From Eledone cirrhosa (taxonomy: Eukaryota), in NCBI GenBank assembly GCA_964016885.1, contig OZ024741.1, positions 43,338,001-43,402,000 of the forward strand: DNA of 64,000 bases, given 5' to 3'. The position numbers were made by a program, and so were the translations under genes. This document shows positions 43,881 to 59,727 of this stretch, piece after piece (within the stretch, counting starts at the first letter, position 1; every line of letters begins with the position of its first letter). The notes under the pieces were generated by a model. It saw only the letters and a program-made list of their open reading frames with translations. It made no database searches and was not told where the DNA came from.

Positions 43881-44774
43881 TTATTCACCCCTGACCATTC
43901 TTTTACTCACACAACCAGACACAAGAGCCACCCTTACTACTAAAAAATGCGCAAGAAACGTAGTATGCTCCTACTGTGCTCCTTCAACTCTACGACTCTA
44001 TCATATTACTTATTTATGTTCATACATGGAATAAAGTGCTACTTAATATCTCGAGAAATACTTTTGACCATCTCCTAAGATTGTAGGGAAGATGTAATTT
44101 CTGACTTAATCATGAGGCACTCGGACGAATCTGAAGATAACGTTAAAATATAGCATGTTAAATGGTTCTTTATAAAAACGTAGTAAAACACGTAACATAC
44201 TATAAAGAATACAAAATGAAGTAAGTTTAAGACCAAATCAGAGAAGAAGCGCATACACAATTAGTCATTGAGGAGGTTACAGAATGTATGACGAAAGAAA
44301 TTTAACAAATAACCAATTCTACACCCCCACCTCCACATATATATATATGTATATATATGTAGAAAGATACATAGATTAATAGATAGAGAAATATGAGTAT
44401 ACACGCACACATATCTACTCGTGCACATCTACCCACTCACACATACACACGTACATTTAAGTAACATTGTCCGTGGTAGTTTTAGTTAATTCACAGCAAC
44501 ATATGATTGGCAAAATTTGTTATAGATAATGAGGATATTCAAAGAAGTATAATAAGTTATGTAGCCATTGGGTCGTCAATATTTAAATTTGTAAAGATTT
44601 CTCTTTTTTTCAGAAAATGTATACACAATTCATACTTGATGACCCAGTATATATATTGAGGCAAGACACTTGAGTAATACGCAATATTCTCATTTACATA
44701 TACACTCATGACTCGGTCTTAGATGATTTAGTAATATAACGCCTAATATATATTATGTATATATATATATATAC

Positions 44775-45382
<608 letters not shown>

Positions 45383-45628
45383 CACGATACATTAACGGAG
45401 CCATAGACACTCGCCGTTCCCTGTAAATAATTTGCTCAAAGGAGAGGAAATCCTGAGCACTTTAAAATACGTTGAAAAGGTAATACATTAGATAGAGATG
45501 CAGTGCGCCATCAATAAAACAAGGAAAAACCACCAGTGTATGGAATCTATAACATATGAAAGGCAGAATATAGACACGATAATTAAAAAATATAAATTAT
45601 AGCGTAAATAAATACATCTATAACAATA

Positions 45629-45713
45629 TAACACACGTACAAATCAAAAGTGATCTGTTTCGCCATAAGTTGTTGACGGAAATGAAATAACCCAGGTTCA
45701 TCAGCGTGTGTTA
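45629..45713 (-). ncRNA. Type I hammerhead ribozyme
   Basis: taacacacg-CTGATGA-acc...ggc-GAAA-cagatca-cttt-tgatttg-TA-cgtgtgtta; 9-bp stem I, long stem III. Confidence 0.8.
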
Positions 45714-45820
45714 GGCTATAGATTTCAGACAACACTAAGAGAATTTTTAAAGCGGCCTTCCAACTACACGTGGCAGAGAGTAGTCACAGCATGTTTAAGG
45801 GCAGTGAACCAGTGGTCTCT

Positions 45821-46385
45821 GAGCATTATAATAAATGTTCGGTGAATCCATACGTACATATATATATATGTGTGCATGTATGTACATATATATACATACT
45901 ACTGTACGTCTGTATACATATATGTATGTACGTATACATACTTATATTTAAGTAACAGCCGTACTAAGAGTGATATATGAAATTTCGTTTCATTTTTTCC
46001 GTTTATCATTTTCGGTACCCCGGCAGATTAACTCACTCGATATGCAAATTAGGCTGCTCAGTCGTTAATATGCATAAGGAAAGTATATACTTTCAGACGT
46101 TCAACCATCTGGCAGGAAGGTATACGTTGCTGACGATAGCTAATAAGCTTGAAACTAGTACAGCGTTCCGTTGTCAGTGTTGAACAAATGAGCAACGATG
46201 GTTGCTAGACACTGTACGGCTTAATTCGGGATGCTTGTTTACAAACACACCGAGCATTATAATAAATGTTCGGTGAATCCATACGTACATATATATATAT
46301 ATATGTGTGCATGTATGTATATATATATACATACTACTGTACGTCTGTATACATATATGTATGTACGTATACATACTTATATTTA
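45821..46385. repeat. ~130-bp direct repeat (45821-45950 / 46252-46385)
   Basis: gagcattataataaatgttcggtgaatccatacgtac...catacttatattta present twice. Confidence 0.85.
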
Positions 46386-46515
46386 TATATATATATATAT
46401 ATATATATTAATAACAGGAATTCCAACTTTGTTTGATTAACTCGTTTTATTTACAATCCTTTAAAATTATAATGCTATTATAATGAAATAGTATGGTAGA
46501 ATATCAAATGTTAAT

Positions 46516-46554
46516 TGAACAAGTACTTTCATGCTTTCGCAATCTTCAGGTTCA
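46516..46554 (-). ncRNA. Minimal type I hammerhead ribozyme next to a ~30-bp-stem hairpin (46556-46628)
   Basis: tgaac-CTGAAGA-t-tgc-gaaa-gca-t-GAAA-gtac-TT-gttca; palindromic stem III agtact. Confidence 0.82.
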
Positions 46555-47375
46555 TATTCAGTGGTGACAGTCAAGTTTGTAATTTTATACTGTCGAAAAT
46601 TGCAAACTTGACTGTCACCACTGGAATTCCTTTTATTAATATAATCTTCTATACACAATCATACACACCCGTGTATATTTATTTACATATATATAAATAT
46701 ATCTATATATATATAGATAGATATATATATGTATGTATGTATGTATGTAGGTAGGTTGTATGTGCATATATGTATAGCCACATACTCATATCCACCCACG
46801 CCGCATATATATAGATATAGATACATACATACATGTAAGGAAGCGTCTTTATCATGATATGTTTACTTTTCTTGAACAGACTGAGGTAAAACTTTAATCT
46901 ATATCATAGCAAAATCTTCTCTTTGACAAATATTATATGGGTATCGAATATTCTCTATCTGACGTTGGATTCTAGTTATTTGATTTACTTGTCATTCTCT
47001 TTATCTAAATTGATGCTAGGGGCCTTCTCTACGTTCCTACAAATATTTTCCTTCTAATCAGGTTATATCTAGACTCTAGATTTCACTAACATAAATATTT
47101 ATGAATAATATAAAAATCTAGATTTTTCAATTTGATGTTCTATGATGGCCTATCATTTGTTTAATATTAGGAATCTGACTCGTTTGAAATTTGTTTGAGC
47201 ACCCAGCGCGATAGCAGGAAACATAACTACGCATTATAACAAGATTTACAGTTTGGATAAGTGGCTCATATTTGCGTCACAGATAGTCAGATTTATCGAT
47301 ATCGTCCATCAATATAAATCTCTCTCTCTCTCTCTGTCTCACCCTCATTATATATTATGTATATATATATGGGCT

Positions 47376-48355
<980 letters not shown>

Positions 48356-50229
48356 ATTTACTCTATTCTATTATGGAGAAACTGAATGTAGTTTTTGACC
48401 AGATATATTACATAGCTATTTCGTAGGTTCTAGTAGTCGGCTACTTTATAAGGGCGTCATTATTTTTAGTGTATAGCGCATTATGCTTCATGTCTCACAT
48501 ATATATTGGTAATAGGTATAATGTAATCTGTGAAAAAGATTGATAGAGCTGAGCACGTATTTCTCTACACCTTTGATCACGGACGGTCATTGGCGCAATT
48601 ACTCCAGAACGTGAAATATATAATAGATATATCACTTTCCTTTGGGGATCAGAGGATCAAAGATGTAATCTTTGCTTGTATGACACAAAAGGAATTACTA
48701 CACCTGTACGAGACGCTTTTATAATAATTGATAAATATATAATGTATCAGGTATCATTATTTATATCATAGTTTATGTAGGAGCGACAATTTTTCTCTTT
48801 CATCCGGATACAGTTGCCTGTGTTCATTCTTGAAATCACTGTTCATGATGTTACCATTCTCGTCCTATATTGTAAGACATAATGCTGATATAATCTACTG
48901 CTGTTTTTGTATGCTTTCTATTGAGATTCATGATTCTACCTGTAATAAATCTGTGCATGCTGTATTGCTAATCGTGTTTGCATTAGCATTATTTTTATCG
49001 GTTTGATCTTGAAGATGTCTGTGGTAATAAAACTTGAATTAGTAATTTTTTATAAAGACTGTGGCCCTTTCAATCTGAAGAGCAAATTTAGCTAAAAGAA
49101 ATTACATATTGTAGCCGCAAAGAATATTACAAACGTAACTATGTTTGAAGAAATCTCTATTTTAGCTATTTCTTTACTCAATGTATTCTTTTCCTTTGAC
49201 ACTTATCTGAAATTGCTTCAATGTACGGATGATAACTCATGGCTATTATTTTAATACAAGGTTGCATATTTGATTAAAAGAAAGAAAAGTCACAAATGAA
49301 AGGGAAACTATCCCCATGCTGATCCAGAACCGTAGGATATAAAGATGCATAAACTGTTTGTTATCATGATTAACCATACTAGCAACTTAGTCATATATTA
49401 AATTGTTAATGATTTTATTCACTTACTACATTAATTCTAATGTTTTATAATGTTCAATATTTCAATAGATATCTCAAATATAACACGATTCAAATTATTG
49501 GATGTCTAGCGTGAACGATGAAACAATATATACTGATCTTTAGTTTATATGGAAGTTAACGATACAACAGAACCTAGCTACGGGTTAAGCAAACTATATC
49601 AAAGTATATTTTATTTTAATATCATGCCGTTTAAAAAATCGCATCATATCTTCTTTACTATACTTTAGTAACACGATTATACGTAAAAAGAAATTGAAAA
49701 GGAATGAAAGAGGAAGAGAGGAGCCGGAAAGAGTTACACCTTCGTCTGGAAAGCATATCATAGGTGTGACTTAAGCAAAAAATGGTGAATACTTTGCCGC
49801 AATGAACACAAAAATATATCTGTCAAGTTAAACGATTTAGTTACACAATTCTTCTTAATATATTCTTTCAAAATAGAACATGTAATCTATAATTTCAAAT
49901 TTATACTCAATGAATAAATGCAAATGCTAGCATAGTCTGCATAATTGCAGCCTAATTTAAACGATATGACTAAAATTTAAACTAATTGAAAGAATAAAGT
50001 GAAATCTGGGCGAATCAATAAAGGCTGATAAAAAATTATTACTTCGTATAGAAATCAAATAAATGAATTGAATCTAATAAATTTGTTTGATGAGGCAATA
50101 CGATCAAAAAAGAACATTATTAAAAAATATTGCTTTAAATTAGTGATAAAATAGATACAAGCCTGTAAAATACACATACGAAAGACCGGATAAATTCATA
50201 AATATTCAACACTAATATATGAAATGTTT

Positions 50230-50284
<55 letters not shown>

Positions 50285-50410
50285 GGTCTACATATACATA
50301 AACTAGACAGAGCCATAGATATAGATATATATATGTGTTTTTGGCAACCATTCACGGTGTGGCTCAATGACGAATTAATTAATTAAATAATCAACAATCA
50401 CAGCAATATG

Positions 50411-51204
<794 letters not shown>

Positions 51205-51390
51205 AACATATATATATATATATATATTTATATTTTTTTTTTGGCGGTCATCTCCTTCCTCATTTTTGAGACAGTATGAGATTTCTTTAGAACTGCTGGG
51301 CTAGCAACCTAGCAGCTACCTCAAGCACTGATGGTGATTATCGCTAAATATTGATGTTGATTTGATTATCAATATTAATATTATTGGGCA

Positions 51391-51517
51391 CCCACTGAGG
51401 AATTATAAGAGCCCACTTGAATAAGTATCTGTTGATCTTATACAAGCTTCTACATAAATTGGTATAATTTCACCCAACTTGTAGGATTCTTATAATGAAA
51501 CGAGACGTCCGTCTGGG
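51391..51517 (+). ncRNA. Type I hammerhead ribozyme with a long stem II loop, in a ~450-bp island between (TA)n tracts
   Basis: ccca-CTGAGGA-attataaga...tcttataat-GAAA-cgagacgtccg-TC-tggg. Confidence 0.78.
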
Positions 51518-51686
51518 AAGAGATATATTTGATATATCTCATATGAAATGATACAGCCAATTTTCCACACAATAAAATTAGTTAGCACCCCAAACGTTTA
51601 ATTAGGAATATACTCACTTATTTCCTAATGTTTGTTGAGTGAGTTGGGATTTGGCCGGAATATCGCTATTAGCTTTCTCCGATAAC

Positions 51687-51741
<55 letters not shown>

Positions 51742-51742
<1 letters not shown>

Positions 51743-53658
51743 AACTGGTCAAGAACATTAAATTTAAACCCAGACACAACCGATTCCTACAAAAACTCCG
51801 TAGCAACTTAACAGAGTATGATAACACAAATGACATCATGGTGCATTCGGATAAAACCGGGAACCTATACTTTGTCAACCCTGACAGATACCACACACTG
51901 ATCAGGAGCAGCCTAAACTCCACCTATAAAAAGGCCAACCACTCTTGCATCGAGGACATAAATCGAGATGGACAACAAATCACCTCCAGCCTCGGGGTCG
52001 CCGACCGCACGGAACCTCTAGACCCACGGACACCATACTTCACACTGAAGGACCATAAATCCGATTTTGACCGTAAACCCTCTATCAGGCTTATTAACCC
52101 AACGAAGTCCGACATAGGGAGAATCAGAAAAAAAATCCTAGACCGCGTGATACCAAAAGTCAAGCAACACACTCGACTTAGCCTTTGGATCAACACCCAG
52201 GAAGTAATCTCCTGGTTCAGCAATATGGAGGATAAACGAGAAACTAAATTCATACAGTTCGACATAGAGAGCTACTATGCTTCAATCACCTTACCGCTAC
52301 TTACTGCCGCCTTGGACTTCGCCGAAACACTTGTGCCCATCACCGACCAGGAAAGAAAAATCATCCTCCACGCCAGGAAGACAGTCTTACTCTTTGACGA
52401 CTCTAAATGGATAAAAATAGCTCCCGACTCACCCTTCGACGTCAGCATGGGCGCCACGGATTCAGCGGAGGTCACAGATCTTATAGGATTATTCCTAATA
52501 GCCAAACTCACTGATATGTTTCCTGCATTCGGTGGTGGATTGTACCGTGATGATGGGCTCCTTACCCTTAAAGGGTACAACCCCAGTAGTACAGATCGGG
52601 TCCGGAAACAATTAATCAGATTCTTCCGCGACTGGGGATTTAAAATAACCCTACAAACGTCCTTGACCCGAGTAAACTTCCTGGACGTGACCCTCGACCT
52701 CGAAAACGACCTGTACTACCCATACAGGAAACCTAATGACAATGTGCACTACATCCACCGCCGATCAAACCATCCTAGGAACATCACAAACAACCTGGTC
52801 AAAAACATCTCCCTCCGCATATCCCGTTTGTCAGCTAATGAGCGGATATTCGATGAACATGCGCCTTATTACAACCAGGCCCTCAAGCGGAGTGGTTTCC
52901 GGGAGGAAATATCCTACTGTCCAGCTCCCATTAGCGGAACCAGCAGGAGACACCGCCGCTCACGCAATGTAACATGGTTCAATCCTCCCCACAACGCAGA
53001 GGTGATAACTCCCATCGGGAAACTATTCTTAAGGCTCATTTAAAAACACTTCCCATTACAACACCGCTACCACAACATAATTAACAAAAATACCATCAAA
53101 CTCTCTTACAGCACTACACCAAACTTCGCACAAAACATCGTCTCCTCTAACAACAAAAAACTCAACCCCGATGGCAGAAATAACCTAAATAGCAGTGGAG
53201 AACCGACCAGGAGGTGTAACTGCCCGGATAGATCTATTTGCCCACTCGACAATAGATGCAGAGACCGTAATGTGATCTACCAGTGCAACGTGAGGACGGA
53301 TACCTCCAACAAAGCCTATATAGGACTTACCGCATGTGACTTCAAGACCCGGCTATACCAACATAGACATACCTTCCGAAACCCGGCCCGGCGTCACGCC
53401 ACTACACTTTCGGGCCACATATGGGACCTCAAGGACAACAACATCACCTATGATCTCACTTGGAGATTACTGTCCAGAGCCAATTCTTACACGGGAGGAC
53501 GCCGTCCGTGCAATTTATGCTCGGAGGAAACTTTACAAATGCTGTTTTCGACGGACCAACTCCTAAACAAGAAAGATGAACTGGTTACTGCATGTAAACA
53601 TAGATTGCGTAGGACTTACCTCGCCCGCAAAACCCATAATGACCCGGGGGGGGGGTAG
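51742..53658 (+). CDS. PLE RT + GIY-YIG; single in-frame TAA at 53041
   Basis: SDKT, QFDIESYY, VSMGA, GLYRDDGL, NFLDVTLDL, SNHP, WFNPP, CNCPDRSICPLDNRC, YIGLTACDFKTRLYQH, CNLC, CKH. Confidence 0.92.
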
Positions 53659-54775
53659 ACTAGGGCTATAACACCCCACTTGCCGATTTTGCAATGGGTA
53701 ACCCCTGCTTGCCAAGGAAGACGTAAGATCTTCTTTGTATTCTTTTATCGCTTCCTTTATTTCCTTCCCCCCTCTCTCCTTAGTCCTTCTAACCCAGCTC
53801 TTCTCCTTTGTCGGCGTCTTTTCTCGCCCACCCGAGGCTGCCCTTTGGCCCCATGTAGCCTTAGTACCCCACCCCCCTCCCCTAGTCTTGATAGATTTGG
53901 CGGACTCCGCCCTTTATAGTAGTTGGCTTAGACCCCGGATACTTGCCCCCTTTTTCCGACCGCTGCCACTATTCTCTGTGCCCTCTATATTTCTTAGTGG
54001 CACTTATGCCTTATTTTTTCGTTTCAGTATTTCTTGCTTCGCTTTTCTTCTGGGCGGGGTGGATTCTGAATTTATTTCTCCGTATTCTACCCTTATTTCG
54101 TACGAACTTTCATGTAGCTTGTTTTAGATCTTTTAGAGTTAGCATTAGTATATATTTTTCTCGGGACTCAGAATTATTATCTCGTACAAGTTCACTTTGC
54201 TGCACTGGGTCGTTGCTGGCCCGGGATGGAAACCTTTATTGTTTATTTCGTGGTAGTCTCTTTAGTATTTTGGCCCCTTTTGTTGACCCGTCACCGTATC
54301 ATTTACGTACTTATACCTCTTAAAAGGGTCCTTGCCTAATCCGTCCCACCTAGTTCTTTTACTTATTTCGTTATTTCTTTATTTATTTCTTTCTTTACTT
54401 CTTTCTTTCTTTCTTTATTTTATTCTAGCCTAACAATAGCCTGAGACCTAGGTCGTAGAATTTAATTTACTTTACTTTTTTCTTTACACTTATTTGCTTT
54501 TCTTCACTCTCAGTATTTTTTCTTTCCTATATATTTCTACCCCCCATTGTTCTACCTACCGTTCCGACTTCCTCCCCCTCCCCCCCCTCCCCCTCCCCTG
54601 TATCTTCTTTGACCTCATGCCCAGCTGTAGCTGGCACTACCAACGCTTGATTGGGTCTACTCCACCCCCTCCCCTCTTTCTCCTACTGGCAGGTTTAGCC
54701 ACCATCTCCCCTACTAATTTGCAACCACAGAATTACTACTGATTTTTTACAATCACTTTGACCATATATGGAATT

Positions 54776-54869
54776 ACCCCTTGAGAAGATCGGCTATTTA
54801 AATACCAGGATAAATTTTCATTTAGTCCAGAATTAGCCGTCGAAACGGCTTGAGCTCAGCTGTCGGGGT
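54776..54869 (+). ncRNA. Type I hammerhead ribozyme with UUGAGAA (U3-A8) core
   Basis: acccc-TTGAGAA-gatcggcta...tagccgtc-GAAA-cggct-tgagctc-agctg-TC-ggggt. Confidence 0.75.
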
Positions 54870-55054
54870 CTTACTGGTTCCTATTACCCACTCTACTACC
54901 TCAAGTATTGAGTACTTTGGTGCGTTATGGTCCACCTGGTTCCTTACCACATTTCCTTCGTTATATATATATATATGTAGAGGTTATATTTAATTTGTTG
55001 CTAACTAATTCAAGTGGGTATGTCAATATTTATTTATAAAACTAACCTATATTA

Positions 55055-55120
55055 TATTTTATCTGATGATAGCGCACCATAGTTTGCTCTGGTGGCCCTA
55101 GAAATATGTATAATGAAATA
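55055..55120 (+). ncRNA. Type I hammerhead ribozyme (family A)
   Basis: tattttat-CTGATGA-tagcgcacca...tggtggcccta-GAAA-tatgta-TA-atgaaata. Confidence 0.78.
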
Positions 55121-55191
55121 AATATGTTTTATAAATATAGTTTCCATTTGTTAATATATTGTATATATATATATATATATATATATAAATA

Positions 55192-55228
<37 letters not shown>

Positions 55229-55366
55229 GTGTGTGTGTGTGTGTGTTACAAAATAGGTTGCCGATGGCAACTTCTTTTTTCGTCTTTTAAGTCTTCACCC
55301 TATTTTATAAGCTATATTTATGGCATTTCTGCGCTTTAGCACTTTTGTTGCACTCATACATTCAGA

Positions 55367-55399
<33 letters not shown>

Positions 55400-55431
55400 A
55401 CACACATACACACACGCACACACACACACAT

Positions 55432-55482
<51 letters not shown>

Positions 55483-56138
55483 TATATACATATATATGAA
55501 TATATGTGTGTGTGTGAGTCAGTGCACGTGTGTGTGAGGAACTCTTCCCGTGATAACGACGTATTACCGTTCAGTTGCTCGATGAAATGAATCACTTAAA
55601 CAATTAGTGTGCAATGTACCTCCATAGTGAACAGACATATGTAACCCTAATACTCCACACAAATGAAATCAGTGCGATCCAGGGTGATAAGTGTGCACCT
55701 TTCAAGTAGATATAAATTGCAAGCTTGAAATAGCTGACTATAATATAATGGTAGTGGAAGCTTTGAGTAAGCCAAATTGCTGAGAGAAGAGGGAACGTTA
55801 AGATCGTGTTAATCTAATCAGCGAAGTATATACACTTTGAAATCAGGCTTGGCTGTGAATGGACACATACATAGATGAAACGGTCGGATATGTAAATATG
55901 TTAGCTACCCAGCTCTACTATTGCAATTTGATAGAGTTTTGGCGAGCTTTCCTGTCATTTCAAATCCTGCCACTGTTCCTTTCAGCATTTGCCATCACTA
56001 CGCAGCTTTTTTGTTTTCCAGCATGATCATGCCAATGTATATCTCAATCTATCCACCGACACATATATATATATAGGTGTGTGTGGGGCTATATACAACC
56101 TTCAACCTATGAACCAGATCAAATATATATATATATAT

Positions 56139-56470
56139 ATAGTTATGTAATAAACAATATAAGGCAATTATTCCATTTACCAGTGGTTTCTTAAAAGCAA
56201 AAAAATATTGCTTTCAATCATCAGAATGAAAAAATCCTGGTCTGTTTATTGAATTTGGATTTTAAAAACAAAACTTTGTTTTTAAAATCCAAATTCAATA
56301 AACAGACCAGGATTTTTTCATTCTGATGATTGAAAGCAATATTTCTTTGCTTTTAAGAAACCACTGGTAAATGGAATAATTGCCTTATGTTGTTTATTAC
56401 ATAACTATTAAGCTCTGTTACCTACATAGAGCACTATTTTTTCCTGGACTTTTCCGACGGAATTACTTCA
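56139..56470. repeat. Near-perfect fold-back palindrome (arms 56139-56272 / 56275-56408) plus ~60-nt tail, containing a stem-II-less HHR-like motif
   Basis: Reverse-complement arms; CTGATGA-tt-GAAA-gcaatatttctttgc-TT at 56323-56352. Confidence 0.85.
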
Positions 56471-56489
56471 CACATATATATATATTTTT

Positions 56490-59400
56490 TATGACCATGC
56501 TGTAAAATGGAGGGTTAGAGATGGCCCTTGAGTCTAGTAAGACATCCTCTCTAGTGCTGGTGGCACAAATAAAAGCACCCAGTCCATGCTGTAAAGTGGC
56601 GCTGGTGTTAGGAAGGGCATCCAACCAGTGTATCAATGCCAAATCTCTTATCAGCACAGCAACAAATAGGAACAACAACAAAATATGAAGACTTCGCATC
56701 TCAGAGTTGCAACACTTAATGTTGGCACTCTCAGAGGTAGATCTGCTGAAATAGCGGAGATGCTGGAGAGAAGGCAGGTGGATGTGTGCTGCGTGCAAGA
56801 GATGAGATGGAGAGGTGCCTCGTCGAGTCTAGACGTAGGCAAGCGTCTTAGCTATAAGCTATCCTGGGTTGGTAAGGATGATGGGCTAGGGGGAGTAGGC
56901 ATTTTCCTGGCTGAGAAATGAATCAATAAGACAATAAAGGTAGTTCGAGTTAGTAATCGAATAATTAAGCTTAGATTAGTTGTAGGTAGGAAACTACTGA
57001 CAATCATCTCGGTCTATGCTCCCCAAGCAGGCCTAGGCAAAGATGAGAAAGACTGCTTTTATGAGCAACTTTTGCAAACAACCGCAATGACAGAGGACGG
57101 AGACATTGTTATGCTAGCAGGAGACTTCAATGGTCATGTTGGACAGCTCCAGGATGGTTACACTGGGGTACATGGTGGGCACGGTTACGGTTCAAGAAAT
57201 GAGGTAGGAGTGAGACTTCTTGAATTTTGTGATGCGGGTACATTGACTATTTGCAACACAAACTTCCAGAAACCTGCCAATCACCTAATAACCTACAAAT
57301 CTGGTGAGCACATAAGCCAGATTGACTTCCTGCTAGTTAGGCAGCGGGACAGGCAGATAGTGTCTAATACCAAGGCATACCCTGGGGAAGAATGTACCCC
57401 CACAGCATAGGTTAGTTGTTAGTGATATCTCAGTAAGCAAGAGATGGAATGAGACATATAGGAAGGTGTGGAGAAGAAAGGTCTGGAAGCTAAACGACCT
57501 TTCACTAAAATACAAATTTAGGAAAGCCCTTCAAGATGTATATGACGAAAAAGAAGACGATTTAGAGACGTATGACATAGATAATAACTGGAATTTTTTA
57601 CGTGACAACTTGCTGCAGGCTACTGATGAAACCTGTGGCTGGAGCAGAGCTCCAACCAGACAGAGAGTGACCTGGTGGTGGAACAGCACAGTCGATAAGG
57701 CTATTAGAGACAAAAGACTAGCATGGAAGGCTTGGAAAAAGGGTGGGAGTAGGGAAGAATATACAGCCACTAAGAGAGAAGCTAGACGTCAGGTGTACTT
57801 AGCACGCAGGGAGGCAGAGAGTAGGAGGTTTGCCAATGTTCTGCGACGCGAAGATCAGAGGCGTGCGGTGTTCCACATTGCAAGGCAGTGTGCCAATGCA
57901 AATCAGGATGTTGTTGGAGATAAATGTGTCCGGGATGATGCCGGTGTACTTAGTGTCACGAATGATCAGAAAAAGGAGGCCTGGAAATATCATTATGAGA
58001 GACTGATGAATGTGGAGAACGAATGGGAGAGAGAGAAATTACCCTTGGTGGATCCGACAGAGGGACCAGCTATTGAGATTGACGAATATAGGGTCCAAGA
58101 GGCAATTAGGAAAATGAAAAATGGTAAGGCTGCCGGACCATCGGGAATAGTTGCTGAGATGCTGAAGGCATCAGGGGACGCAGGTACTAAACTGGTTGCA
58201 CGCATCATCAATCAGACTATATATGGTGGTGTCATACCCAAAGACTGGTGCAGCAGTATTCTCATAAATTGCTACAAAGGTAAAGGGGATGCTTTGGAGA
58301 GGAGCAATTATAGGGGTATAAAACTGATAGATCAGGTTATCAAAGTGGCAGAAAGGATCTTAGCACAACTAATTAGAGAAAGGGTCAAACTAGATGAGAT
58401 GCAGTTTGGTTTTGTGCCTGGGAAGAGTACAACAGATTCCCTCTTCTTGGTGAGACAATTGCAAGAGAGAAGAATAAGCCACTATACTTAGCCTTTGTTG
58501 ACCTAGAGGAGGCCTTTGATAGGGTACCCGATCTGTCATCTGGTGGTCCCTAAGGAAGCTAGGTGTTGAGGAATGGCTTGTGAGGACAGTGCAAACTTTG
58601 TACACAGGTACTCTCAGTAAAGTCAGGGTAGGTATGGAGTTTAGTGAGGAATTCCAGATACAAGTAGGAGTACATCAGGGTTCGGTCCTCAGCCCGCTCT
58701 TGTTCATTATAGTCCTCCAAGCCATAACAGAGGATTTTAAGACTGGCTGTCCATGCGAAATTCTCTACACTGACAATCTGGTTCTTATAGCAGAATCGGT
58801 AGAGGAGCTAGAGAATAAATTCTGGCTATGGAAACAGCAGTTGGAAGTAAGAGGACTGAGAGTGAATCTAGCTAAGACAAAAGTGTTGATGAGTAGAAAA
58901 GAGGACAAAACCCTGATTCCGTCAGGGAAATGGCCATGTTCGATATGCAGAAAAGGAACTGGCATAAATTCTATAAAATGCACACAATGCAGAACCTGGG
59001 TACACAAGAGATGTAGCGGGATAGCAGGCAAACTAACAGGTAGGGAGAAATATGTATGCAGTAGATGTACAGGGAAATTAGACAGTAGAAGTCGCACTGA
59101 TAGACACATTTTTCAAATGCAAGAGGGCGCTATAGAAGTGGTGGATAGCTTCCGGTACCTAGGAGATCAGATTAGCATGGGAGCAGGGTGTTCCGAGGCC
59201 ATAATATCTAGAATAAGGACGGGTTGGAACAAGTTTAGGGAGCTGCTTCCTCTGTTTACGAAGAAGGGTTTCTCCCTGCGTACGAAAGGCCGGTTGTATG
59301 ATGCCTGTGTGAGGAGCGCGATGCTGCATGTTAGTGAGAAATGAGGCAAGCATGCTCCGTTGGATGTGCAGTGTAAATGTGCGTAAACGACCCAGCATAA

Positions 59401-59727
59401 ATGTGTTGAGAGAGAAACTGTGTCTGAGAGGGATAGAATGTAGTGTACGGGAGAGGAGACTGAGGTGGTATGGACATGTGATGCGCATGGAGGATGACCG
59501 ATGGGTGAAGAAGTGCCAGGAATTGCCAGTTGAAGGGAGACGTGGTCGAGGTAGACGACGAAAAACATGGGCGGAGGTGGTGAGAACAGACCTCAGATCA
59601 TTGAAGCTCACGGTGGAGATGACGAGGGACCGTGACGAGTGGAAAGATACTGTGCTGAATAAGACCCGTCCCACCCTTGCAAGCAGGGAAAAGCGGACGT
59701 AAAATGATGATGATGATGATGATGATA
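56490..59727 (+). mobile_element. Near full-length RTE-clade LINE with (GAT)n tail
   Basis: 5' UTR with ttaggaagggcatcca motif, single APE-RT ORF, tgatgatgat tail; 5' boundary approximate. Confidence 0.92.
56685..59702 (+). pseudogene. RTE APE + RT ORF with Cys-rich PHD-like insert, several disablements
   Basis: TLNVGTL, VQEMRW, GVGI, VYAPQ, GDFNGHVG, QIDF, TWWWN, KAAGPSG, NYRGIKL, QFGFVPG, GVHQGSVLSP, YTDNL, CSIC..CTQC..WVHKRC..CSRC, FRYLG, RLRWYGHV, GRGRRRKTW. Confidence 0.92.

Larger units (their letters stand above)
51742..54962 (+). mobile_element. Naiad-like PLE (Naiad-2), 5'-truncated, in (TA)n, with long 3' UTR and HHR
   Basis: RT-GIY-YIG ORF, pyrimidine-rich UTR, HHR at 54776-54869, ~95-nt tail. 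Confidence 0.92.

Noticed and set aside
48400-50230. Host exons in repeat-poor stretches (also 59750-61100)
   Set aside because: No ORF with recognisable motifs or convincing splice context; small exons cannot be excluded without RNA-seq
53041-53043. In-frame stop as possible selenocysteine recoding (reported for some Naiad PLEs)
   Set aside because: The stop is TAA at a position that is Asp in the related element; no in-frame TGA at Cys positions in either Naiad ORF
56540-56645. HDV-like ribozyme in the RTE 5' UTR
   Set aside because: I could not build the nested double pseudoknot by eye; needs a descriptor search
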